Assembly (NCBI GenBank): GCA_905178155.1
Contig: CAJINV010000003.1
Location: 1,731,557-1,795,556 of the forward strand
Source of the DNA: Amoebophrya sp. A120
Lineage: Eukaryota; Protista; Dinoflagellata
Length of the DNA: 64,000 nucleotides
Reading direction: 5' to 3'
Position numbers and translations under genes: made by a program. Below are positions 1 to 10,500 of the stretch, piece after piece. Each line of letters starts with the position of its first letter. Position 1 is the stretch's first letter. Below the pieces are notes generated by a model. The model ran no database searches. It was not told the DNA's origin and was given only the letters and a program-made list of their open reading frames with translations.

Positions 1-381
1 GGTCGTGTCTTGGGTGCGGTACAGGGTGCAACACTTCTCGTATGTCACTACTCCGTCCCAGCATCCTGGATGGCCCGTGGGACCGTACCTGTTGATATTC
101 ACGAAGAGAAAATTGATTCGCGTTTTTCTCTGTAGTGATTGCGTTTTCTTCTTACTTCTACCCACGAACATCAATATGCAGTTTATTGTTTCTCCAAGAC
201 ACTGAGATCGATACTCCCATATTTATCGCAGCGAGAACAATTTGCGACCCAAATTTGAGCCGCGTGACAAGAATAGTTTTGTTTCTGCCTTCCTTTTATT
301 TGAAAACAATTTGAATATACAAAACGGAAGACAACAACCACAAGCACAACGAAGAGAAAGATCGCAGAGTTACTGCTTATT

Positions 382-2439
382 TCAATACCACGGGCTGCAG
401 CATATCTCCGGGGTGAAAGTCTGGGCCCAGCACCCCATGGGATCCTCCAACACGGGACCTCGCCTGGTGACGAACATCCTCAGCATGTTGAGACTGGTTT
501 CCGACTTTTTGTACTCGCCGATCGCGCGGTTGTATTCTTTCATCATGCTGTGATACTCGTGCTTGTAGGATAGCAGTTCGTCGGCACACCTTTGCACGGC
601 GGGCTCGCAGGACTCGGCTTTGGTGGTGCCTTGGGTGAGCGCTTCCAGCGTCGTTGTCACGATCTGCTCCTGCTTTTGGGGTGGCAGTTCTGGTGCCAGT
701 TCCATTTCGTGAATTTTTGGAACGGGCTTACTGCAGACAAACGCGTTCTTCTTACTGTCTTTCACCAAACAGCTTCCATCGTGGAGGCGGTAAAATTGGC
801 AGGCACGCGACGCGACAAAGCTGGTGAACGAGTTGGCTGCTCGCCAATTTTTGGTTATCAGTGTAGCTCTTTCCGTGCTGCCGTCACACAGCGTTGACGC
901 CAGAGCGTCGCTTGCAGACGTGAGACCGAGGGTGTCAAGTAGGAAGGAGTCAGAACCGGCAGAAAAGCTCTGCTCTCGTGCTATCCCTACATAGGTTGCG
1001 TACTCCAGCAGAAAGTGCAACACCGTGAAGAGGACGCAAAACAGGAGAAGTGGTAATTTGACTATCCAGTTAAAAAAACGTTTCTTCATGCTAGTGTTCT
1101 TCGGACCCCGCGTGGATTGGTGTTCCCCGGCCGCTGCGCCAAGTATCGTTCCAGCGCGACCGGTATCTGCACTTCCATTTTCTCCTCCTACTTCGATTCC
1201 CGCTTTTCTCTTTAGCTCTTCGAACTGCGCCTGCCGCTCTTGTTCCTTTTCGGCCAGAAAGGCGTTCACCTGGCTGCAGAGCGTGTCTGACGCGTCCCGG
1301 AGCACCTCGTTTACCTTGTTCATCTGCTGGCTGCGCTCCTTGCGGAGGTCCCGATTTTCGTTCTGCACGTGGTCCATAAACTGCATCATCTTCTGCAGCA
1401 ACTGCGGCTGACTCGACAACTGACTCGCGAGTTCAAACCGCCACTCCTCAAACATCGACTCGTGGTCGTTTTCCATGTCCATTTGCTCCGTTTCTGATCC
1501 CTCCATCGGCATGTCCTGGTCTTGCATCGAAAACTGCTCCGTGGTCGCGGAAATTACCGAGCGTGACCGGTTGTTGCTAGTTCCGTAATCGTAGTGCATC
1601 TGCTGGTGGTGCTGCTCTCCTGCTTGATGTCCTGTAGACGAGGGCGTTGTGCCGAAGGGTCCGGAACCCGCAGCACTAGAAGCAGGTCCCCCGGGACCGG
1701 TCGTCGTGGCACTACCACTACCAGCTGCTCCAGGATGCTGGACGAATTGCATGCCGTGCTGACTCGGGCTCGCTTGTGCCAAATCGAAGGCACCACCGCC
1801 GATTTCTGAGGACTGGCTGATGCGGCCCCGCTTTTCCGGCGAGCTGCGGGTGCTGGAAGCCGCGCCAATCGGGAAGTCAAAGTGCTTGCTGCTCGCGGTC
1901 GACACGGACTCCTCCAACAGATTGCGCAACACCGTGGGCGAGGAGAGCTTGTAGGCCGGCAGCTCCTGCATGCGCGGGTCCGCGATCACGCTGGTCATGC
2001 TCACGTTTTCCACGCAGGAACTAGAGTCGGAAGTTGTGCTGCTCGCGCCCTTCACGATCTTCAGCTCGTCAGAAGACGAGTTGGAACTGGAATCGATTAG
2101 CGTGAAGTTCTCCGCGTTTGTTCGCTGGCTTTTTCGTGTCAGCGCTGGGGGCTTCTCGTTCTCCTTGTTAGAGGCGGCGTTGGTCGCCGTTGGCGCGCGC
2201 GGTGGTTCGATCTGCGAGGCAGGCTCGGTCGGCGCGGACGCTGAAGCTGAAGGTGAGGGTGAGCCTCGGTCTTCTGCGGCTCCGGTCCTCGCGCCCGAGG
2301 TCGTCTTCTTGTGCGTCGGGCTGTTCGGGTCAAAGCCCCCCAGATCTTCCGCCGCCCCTTGCGAGGCAGACTTCCGACGAAAGAAGTTCATCTTGAAGAG
2401 CCGTGGCCAGGTGGCCGTTGACAAGAGAAACAATAGCAA
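382..2439 (-). CDS. Hypothetical coiled-coil protein with one transmembrane segment and a C-terminal Cys motif
   Basis: 685-aa ORF (likely start MNFFRR). Low-complexity N-half, heptad-rich segments, hydrophobic stretch WIVKLPLLLFCVLFTVLHFLL, ends CWAQTFTPEICCSPWY. Confidence 0.75.
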   Translation of the reverse strand: MLLFLLSTATWPRLFKMNFFRRKSASQGAAEDLGGFDPNSPTHKKTTSGARTGAAEDRGSPSPSASASAPTEPASQIEPPRAPTATNAASNKENEKPPALTRKSQRTNAENFTLIDSSSNSSSDELKIVKGASSTTSDSSSCVENVSMTSVIADPRMQELPAYKLSSPTVLRNLLEESVSTASSKHFDFPIGAASSTRSSPEKRGRISQSSEIGGGAFDLAQASPSQHGMQFVQHPGAAGSGSATTTGPGGPASSAAGSGPFGTTPSSTGHQAGEQHHQQMHYDYGTSNNRSRSVISATTEQFSMQDQDMPMEGSETEQMDMENDHESMFEEWRFELASQLSSQPQLLQKMMQFMDHVQNENRDLRKERSQQMNKVNEVLRDASDTLCSQVNAFLAEKEQERQAQFEELKRKAGIEVGGENGSADTGRAGTILGAAAGEHQSTRGPKNTSMKKRFFNWIVKLPLLLFCVLFTVLHFLLEYATYVGIAREQSFSAGSDSFLLDTLGLTSASDALASTLCDGSTERATLITKNWRAANSFTSFVASRACQFYRLHDGSCLVKDSKKNAFVCSKPVPKIHEMELAPELPPQKQEQIVTTTLEALTQGTTKAESCEPAVQRCADELLSYKHEYHSMMKEYNRAIGEYKKSETSLNMLRMFVTRRGPVLEDPMGCWAQTFTPEICCSPWY

Positions 2440-3313
2440 TACTAGCCGTTGTACTTCTTTGGTAGTGCTGGTGCTGACTCTGTGCTATACTTCTCTTGGA
2501 GCAAGATAAACAAAAAAATGGAGTTGACTTCGCTCCGTGCTGAGATAGATGAGCTTCAACAAGTTTCGCGCAACAAGGCCAGCGCGCTCTAGACGGAAAA
2601 AGAATTGTTTCTGAATGACACACGGGAATAAAATACAAATAGGCAAAATCCATGCTGGATTCCACTGGACCTAATCCATCAACTATGCTAGACGACAGGA
2701 AAGATTGATTCAGCTGCTTCATGATGACGAAGTTGAAATATCAAAATCTTCAATCTGCTTCAATAGGGCGCGCAAAAGGTAATAAACGGGTCAGAACCAA
2801 AAGTTAAGTGGCTGGATGGCAACATCAAAAGTAGATCAAAATTAAATTCTAAAGTAGGTGCGTTGGTGTTCCGCTCTATTGAGTTCTCTACAAAAGGAAC
2901 TTAGAGATAAGTTTATTAAGTCTTGCCCTTCCGTGCTGTCTTCTCTACAATTGCGACTCCTCGTCCTTTGTGCATTCGCGTTTCTCAGAATTTAGAGCTG
3001 TGATGCTCAATTCTCACTCTGACTAGGATTCTGAATTCAGAATTCTCACTCCCCACTCATTGAAACTACAATCCTATAAGCATACTAGCTGCTAACATCA
3101 CATCACGTCTGTGATCATCAGAACCCACACTCAAGGCGTTGCTTCATGGGACCAAGCCCTTGACAGACTTCGCGATAGTATATATCGACAGAGAAAGGTA
3201 TTGGTATGTTTTTGTTTCCGGTGTACCACGACCGTGTGGAGCGAGTCGTTATTACCTCCCACATATATTCAAGGTCTTGTCCTATTTTACCAATAATAGC
3301 CGCCTCAGCGGGG

Positions 3314-4908
3314 GTAGTGAGGTCATGGCTGTTTTTTTGTCTTCACGCCAAAAAAAGACGCGACTTCTTTGCCCGCCATGCCATCGCGAGTAACGTTATG
3401 CACGACGGCACGGCGGTCACTGAAAATCTCGACCCAGGGCTGGCCTCCATTTGTTTTCGAATCGAAAAGCCTTTCCCGCATGCTATGGCCCCGCCAGGGC
3501 CCCCGCCAGGGTTGGCCCCTTGGGAGCCCCAAATCTGGCCCGTAGCATGCGGATTGGCTTTTCGCCTTTGGCGGATTTTGTTTTTTTTTGTTCTTTTTGT
3601 CAAAATGCCGCATCTTCTGGCCTTGAGTCCGCCTCTGAAATGGCGGATTTTGGTGGCGTCTTTTACGGGGCTGGAATGTGAGCCAAAACGAGGCCCATAC
3701 CATGCGGATTCGCTGTTTTTTCCGGACTGCTGCTTTTTGGGCGCCCCTTTTTGTCAAGTAGGTCAGTTCTACCACAACCGCTAGGGTCTTTAAATGCGTT
3801 CAAGATTTTAAATATTTTTTTTCATACATGGGATCCGCCCAAAGCGCCGCGCCTCCGACCGGGGTCGCCACGTTGGCCGCACAGCCCGCCGCCATGATCT
3901 GAGCCAGGGTCTTGCCGCTTTTCAAATTTAACACCGAGAACGCCGCACTTTTTTCGAAAATGCGACAGCACTCTTAGCCTGGGGCCCCTACCTTGTGGCC
4001 CGAACACCTGGACCACCAGCGGCCAGGCCCCGAGACTTCCAGCCGCCGCGAAAGCGGCGGCCGCGCGCCCACGACCGCTCGCGCCGCTCGGAATTCCGGC
4101 CTGGCGCCGCCCGCGCCGCTCGGAGCGCTTCCGGCCGCTCGGGCCCTTGCCGGCGCTCCGGGCCGCTGCCGGGAGCGGGACGGGCTCGAGCGGCGCAGCG
4201 AGCGGCCCGGGCGGCTGCGCCGCTCGGACCGCCCGGGCCGCTCGCGCCTCTTCGCTGCGTTCGCGGCGCCCCGGTGCGCTCGGTGGAGCGAAAGGCTTCC
4301 AGGGGCGCGAGCGGCACCGCCCTGCGCCCCGGCGCGGGGGCGGCCGAGCGGCCCGGACGGCTGCGCGACGGCTTCGCGCGCGCGACAGTTTTTTTTTTTT
4401 TTGCTGCTACACATTAATTTGAAAAAACGAGCGCGATTTTCTTCGGTCTCGCTCTCCTGCCATTTTGCGAATCCGAAAAAACGAACCGACGAGCGCGCGC
4501 GCCCCACCATCTTTGTCCCCCATGTGAGCCAGACTAGAATAATCTTGCGTCACTGGAATGTGGTTAGCCATGCTAAACCAAGTGCAAGCTTTCATTTCGT
4601 GAACGCATTTAAAGCGCCGAGCGGTTGTGGTAAACTGACCTACATAATTTTTGGGCGCCCCAAATCGCCAGAAACTAAGGCGGCGGGCGCCTCAGAAGGG
4701 CGCCCCTTTTGCCGGCTCCCCTGCGTCGTTTTATCAAGCGAGAATCGATAGAATCCGCCCGGGCTACTTTGCCGCTAAAGCCCCGGCCGCTTAATAATTG
4801 AAAATCTTTTTCGTCAAAAAACACTTCCGCCCGCTTGAAAACTGCCGGCCATTTTGCAGGTGAGGTGGCAAAAAAACAACTAGGATAGAACGTTCGTGAC
4901 CTCACTAC
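3314..4908. repeat. Extremely GC-rich palindromic island bounded by a 12-bp inverted repeat
   Basis: gtagtgaggtca (3314-3325) and tgacctcactac (4897-4908). The core at about 4020-4385 is almost pure G/C with repeated gccgctcg and overlapping inverted repeats. Flanks have A/T homopolymer runs. No credible protein. Confidence 0.45.
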
Positions 4909-5550
4909 ATACAACTGCCAAAATCTTCCTCGTTCTAGCATCTCGTGTTTGTTTCTGATATGATAACTATCCGTAAGCGCGTGCGCGGCTTCTTGGGTCA
5001 TAGATAACTACTTGTACAGTAATCTCGATTTCCTCACTGCAGCTGCAAATGTAGTTCATCAACAAATTTTCATCCTGTTGGTAATGGTATTTTTTCTAGA
5101 TTTAGGTGGATAACTAGTAAGGATAACAACAACAACATGCACATCTACTACATTCTGCTACTAGGCAGAAGAGTTTCTCTTCCTGTCTCCATCCCGAATC
5201 GTGATAAAGCACTTCAACAAATTCAAAACTGTTTCTTCTGCTCCCCCTTGATACGAATCACACTGGCACAAAAAGCGAAAGGTCAGAAAATGAAAAGAAA
5301 TCAAAAAAAAAGTAAATTTTGTGCTTGTAGCACCTGTGGAGCTGCACACCGAAATATACACGTAGCACAAGATAAATTTCATCTTGCTTGCAAAAATCTT
5401 CCGAATGTCCTGCTCGAAGTTATTTTTTGACACAAAACTTTTTTTTAGCTGCTTTAGAAACTGTGTTACAACTTGCAATCTGCTGCTACTAATATCTGTA
5501 GTGTCGTCCTATTCGTACAACAGGAGTGCTATCCCTGGCGGGGACGCACG

Positions 5551-7434
5551 CTATTCCTGCGGATGGAATGGCGGAAAAAACATCCCTGCGTTGATCGTAC
5601 TGAAGTCCCCATCTTCGTGAGCGCCGTCCTGAACTGCCCTTTCCTGGCGCTGCTGCTGGGTCATATTGAGTAACGCTCGCTGCTCATCGGTCAAATTGTA
5701 CAAAAATGGTCGCGCTGTGGTACTCGCCGGAGGTCCGCCTGCGGGCCCGGAATAACCGATCGCACCTCCAGTTGTCGAAGTTGTCATTGCAGCTGACGGT
5801 GGGCCCGCACCGACAATGGGGCTCGATAAGATCACAGAAATGGGCTGCTGCAACTGTTGTTGCTGGCTCACTTGCAAGTTGTTCGACGTCGCGGCTGGTG
5901 CCGCCACAAGAGCAGGCGCAACGGAAGTAGGTCCGGATAAAATTACGAACCGCGGATCTACTGCCGGCGGGAAGGGTAAAGTGCCTCGGTTTATTTGCGT
6001 TTGCTGCTGTGCGGTTGTTGTGCCACCTCCACTAAGTTCCGCGTCGCCTCCTGCGCGATAATGTTCGCGAGGCATTGTCGTGTACTGCTCAGTTTCGTAC
6101 GCTGAATTGCTGAAAAAGGGTGCCGCGGACCTCGCCTGTGCGTTGTTCTGATTGTCCATGATCTGCCGGGTTTGTGGATGGTCACGCTGTCGCTGCTGCT
6201 GGGTCTTCGTGTAGCCGTGATTGCTCCAGCGGTTCCAGTTCCTGTTTGTCGCTTGTTGCTGCGAGTCTTTGTCTTGATGATCTGATTCATCTGCTGGCGC
6301 TCCTCCTGCTGGCACAACACCTCTTTTAGAATGTTGCACCGTGGCCGCGCCGCCTCGCTGCATTTGATGTTGCAGCGCATTGATACGGTTTGCTTCTGAT
6401 TGAAGGTGGATGAAACGTGGGTCATTCTGCATCGCTGAGCTGTCTTGCTGATCTTCTTGACCACGCTGGCGGCTGCCTCTTCCGGGATTCTCGTAAGTAG
6501 CTCTGCTGCTCCAGTTCTTCATAGCACCAGTGCTACTGTAGGAACTGCTGGCGTTGTAGTTGGAATTGCTAGTTGTATACGCAGGAGCGTCTGAGCTTGC
6601 ATATGGGTAGTTGCGTGAAGCACTAGCGGAACTCGATTGGGGATCATCACGGGCAGGAGTGGTGCGGTACCTGTCTACTGTGGTCGCGGCACCTCCCGGA
6701 GGGCCATAATTATATCCACGACCCTCGGGCGCCATCATCCCTTTCGCTCCTTTACCGCCACTTGACTGGTTCTTCTGGTGTTGAGCGTGAGGAGAAGCTG
6801 AAGCTGTTGAAGCAGCAGGCACAATGGCAGATCCGTGTCTACTGGTGATGTGCGAAGAACCGTCGTAGTAGTTGTTTCGATACAAGACTTCGTAGCCCGT
6901 TGTACTTCCGGAGGAGGTTGAGGCTCTCGGAGGCATATTCAGCAGATGATCATTGTAGTTCACATAGGTAGTTGATGAGGCCGCGCCTGCGGTGGCGTTA
7001 GTGTGCGCGTTGCTGCCCGACATGTTGATACTCCTTCCAATTGTAGAAGTCTCCCCCCTGGCGACGTCGGGACGCAGCCTGATGATATCATGCAGGTTTT
7101 GATCAACATCACCGAACAGCTGTTGGCCAAGCTGTTCGTGTTCCTCTCTGAATCGGCGCTCTGCCTCCGCAGCTAAAAATCTCTGCTTCGCTGCTGTGCG
7201 CCGCTTGCCACCACGCCGCCGCTTCTTTCTCTGACGTGGTTCTTCGCCCTCGGCGGGATCTTGGTCCTCCTCCTCTTCCTCCTCCTCGTCCGCATCGACG
7301 TCGTCCATGTTTTGCCTCACCTCCGGCTCTGCCCTGTTCTCTGCCTGTTGTTCCAATGGGAACGGGCGGCTGCCTCTTGCAGGAGTGATGCGCGAGTTTT
7401 TACCTGTGTTTGCATTTTTTTTGTATTGATTCAC
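5551..7434 (-). CDS. Low-complexity Q/S/T-rich hypothetical protein (possibly the last exon of the 7530-15062 gene)
   Basis: 627-aa ORF, open upstream to about 7497. Acidic tract plus basic NLS-like KKRRR. Junction to upstream exons unresolved. Confidence 0.6.
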   Translation of the reverse strand: MNQYKKNANTGKNSRITPARGSRPFPLEQQAENRAEPEVRQNMDDVDADEEEEEEEDQDPAEGEEPRQRKKRRRGGKRRTAAKQRFLAAEAERRFREEHEQLGQQLFGDVDQNLHDIIRLRPDVARGETSTIGRSINMSGSNAHTNATAGAASSTTYVNYNDHLLNMPPRASTSSGSTTGYEVLYRNNYYDGSSHITSRHGSAIVPAASTASASPHAQHQKNQSSGGKGAKGMMAPEGRGYNYGPPGGAATTVDRYRTTPARDDPQSSSASASRNYPYASSDAPAYTTSNSNYNASSSYSSTGAMKNWSSRATYENPGRGSRQRGQEDQQDSSAMQNDPRFIHLQSEANRINALQHQMQRGGAATVQHSKRGVVPAGGAPADESDHQDKDSQQQATNRNWNRWSNHGYTKTQQQRQRDHPQTRQIMDNQNNAQARSAAPFFSNSAYETEQYTTMPREHYRAGGDAELSGGGTTTAQQQTQINRGTLPFPPAVDPRFVILSGPTSVAPALVAAPAATSNNLQVSQQQQLQQPISVILSSPIVGAGPPSAAMTTSTTGGAIGYSGPAGGPPASTTARPFLYNLTDEQRALLNMTQQQRQERAVQDGAHEDGDFSTINAGMFFPPFHPQE

Positions 7435-7529
7435 ATCGGCTTTTTGGGCTTCAACAAGTAGCTTACACGTTGCTTGTCCAGTATACTGACTGTCACATCA
7501 ACGCTCGGTGTAACGCAACTGCGCTGGGA

Positions 7530-10500
7530 TTACGAAAACCTTCTACTTGACCTGTTACAAAAAGCACCAGATAAGGTGGAACCAGTTTCCACTTTCTGCG
7601 GCGCGTGATCTGTTCCAGATGCGGCAAGGCCGCCAGCACCAGCAGCTGCAGAAGCCTTTGTCTTCTTGCCTTCGTGGTCCCGCCGACCGCTTGCGTGCTG
7701 TCTTGCGGTACTAGTAGTTTCTGGTGCGACGATCCGGCCACTGGTTGCTGCAGGGCTCTTCGAGCGCTTTTTCTTCCCGATGGCGATGGGTGCCGTTGGA
7801 TCGTCGGCATTGACCTTCACGGGCACCACCACAATGGCACCGGAGCCGTTGCTGGTAGAGTGGGACCCCGTGCCGTCGCCGTTGCTGCCGCTGATGCCGC
7901 CCGCGGTCGTGAAATTCTTCTGCACGGTGAGAGCGGTTTTCGCGGCCTGCAGCTGCAACTCAAACTGCTGCCTCTCGGCGAAGTGGGCCAACTATCCTGT
8001 GCAAAAGTATCGTACTCGTATTGCAATCATGCATTACAAATCCTTTTGTTGAGGTAAATCCGCATTACAAATTTTATTTCTCATGTCGAGGAAATTTGTA
8101 ATGCATTTATACGAGTACGATACTTTTGCAGTTCATACCAACTCGATCTCGACAATGTGCTCCTCCAACTGGTTGATCAGGTGCTGTTGCTGCAGCGAGA
8201 GGGTTGACAGGTTCTGCTGCTGCGCCGGGTTCGTATTGTGGACGATGGTCTGCTGGTTCAGGACATTGTAATTCAGCGTAATCGATTTCGTAGAGCCGCT
8301 TCTGGTTCCCGTTCCGCCCGCTACCGCTTCGGACTTTTGGCGAACCGCCGCAGGGGGCGTCGGCAGCGGGACTGGAGACGGAGCTGGCGACGGCGTCTCT
8401 CCCATGTATTGCGGCTGGTTGACGTCGTCCTCTTCAACGGTTTGGTGCAGCTCTGTAGCAGCATTTCGTTGATGATCCTGTTGCGGAGGCGGAGTCTTTG
8501 AGGAGTGCGTTTGAGATTTTTTACTTCCACCATCTGAAACCACCACGTTCTGCACCTTCGGAGACTCATCTGAAGATTCCAGTGGTCCTTTACCGATATC
8601 GTCCGTGGTGGAACTGGATGCTGGTTTTGTGTTTATCACTGGAAGAACAGCCCCGGTGCTAGTACCGCCCTCTGCATTTGTAGCCGCAGCAGTACTAGAG
8701 TGGAGCCCCTCTTGCGTCGCACCGCTGGAACACCTCGAAACTGACGTTGCAGGAGCTCCTCCTGCACTACTCGTCGCTCCTTTTGGCAGTTCTTGTGAGT
8801 CTCCCCTACTGGCGGGCAGCTGCAGCTGCGCACCATCCTGCGTCGCTGCCTTGGTTTCTTCGGCTACGCCAGACGAGCCGCGCGACTGGCGCGCCGTTCC
8901 GGAATGCTGCGAGTGTGACTGCTGCGACTGCGAGTGCTGCGACTGTGAAAGCTGCTCTTCGCTCAAAATACGGCCCCCGCTGACGCTCGAGGAGTGCGTG
9001 GACGTTGCCCCGTCCACAAGGAATCCCGCCATGATGTTGAAATGACCCATCGTGGAGCTGTTTTCCGAACTCTTTGCTGGCCCGGAGCTGCTCTGCCCAC
9101 TGTAGAGGCCGGTCTCCGAGAGCCGCGTGTTCCCGTGGACCCTCCGGTGGTTGTTCATTCCGCCAGCGCTGCTGCTGTACGTATCACTGGATGTCCCGCG
9201 TTCCAAGAGCTCCATGGCCAGCAGCTGAACCGCCTCGTTTCTGTTGTCGTCCAAGACCAGCTGCCCGGACGACTCAGTAGCCGGCTGTAGTAGTCCCTGT
9301 TGCAGCGTCGTGCTGGATGAAGAAGCCGCGGCGAGCAGCACCGGTCCCGGTGCTGCACCGTTGGTCGCTTTTGAAGATGAACCGTGCAGGAGCAATTCCT
9401 GCTCAAGTTGCGGTTCTCGGCGCGTATGACCACCTGTTCCACCTGGACCTGGCGGAGTCCGTTGTTGCTGCGCGACTGCGTTGGAAGTGGACCGGTGGCG
9501 GTGCCATTGTAGTTCCGCGGGGATGTTCAGCACAGCACTATCCCGCTCGTGTACGAGCGGCTCATCTCGATATCTCTTCGCGTTGATCGTGTCCAGACGA
9601 CTGTTCTCTTTGATGACCGGCTCCACGACGATGTGATCCGCACCCACACCGGTGCCACCTGTGCCGGTAGACGACGACGCGACGTTGGACAAAAAGAAGG
9701 GCAGGTCCGGCGTGTTGTTACTTTGCTCGAGAACCGGAGCGTAGCTGTTGTTCGGCACGAGTCGGAAACCCTTCTCCCACGGGGCTACAAGAACCCCGCT
9801 GCCACCAGCGGTGGTTCCGGACGTGCCGGAAGTAGATTCCTGTTGCGCGTTGCTGCTCACAGAAGGCACAAGATTGTTGTGCCCACTGGTGGTGACCGGG
9901 GGTGGAAAAACGCCCTTCGTCGTGACCGTGAGGTAGTAATTTTCAGTAGACCCACGAGCTGGTGGAGATGACGTGGACGAAGACGACTTCTCCTTCTGAT
10001 TGTGCATGAATCCAGGGGCGGATGCCAGGGGCGGCTTCAACTGCTTTGCCAAAAACCGATTCAGTTTCTCTGGCGCGGACCGGTACATAAGCGTCTCATC
10101 ATCCTCGTCCTCCTCTCCGCTCACAACGGAATCTGAGTCGGAATCTGGGACCTGAAATTTTTTGATAAAGTTGTACTCAAACAACAAGTGTTGCAACTAG
10201 CTATTCGAAATTCAAATATGCGCCGTTTGTGCATTATTTCCTCAAGTGTTGGACGAGACCTCTGCATTTGATGGCTACCGTGACGAGCAGAAGCATTCCA
10301 TATACCTGCCGAACTTGAAGTGCCGCGTCAGTGCCATCCCGCTGCTCGTCCAGTTCTTCTTTCGCAGGCTGCAAGGACGTCCCTGTTCGAGAGTCTTTCG
10401 AGCGCTGCGACGTGGTGAGAATGTCCTTCGGTGCTTGATCTCGACCGCGCGTCCTCGCCGGCGACTCGTCGTCTGCTACATCGGGAGTGCTGGCGCACTG

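Noticed and set aside
3679-3692. Dinoflagellate spliced-leader relic (ttttggctca on the minus strand)
   Set aside because: Only about 10 nt of the 22-nt leader match; compatible with chance.
3974-4751. Several long ORFs in the GC island
   Set aside because: Open in many frames on both strands because stops are depleted; not protein-like.
7434-7540. Ankyrin-like words ALHRAL and CKLLVEAQKADVN
   Set aside because: They lie in different frames separated by stops, and I could not find a convincing splice joining them.
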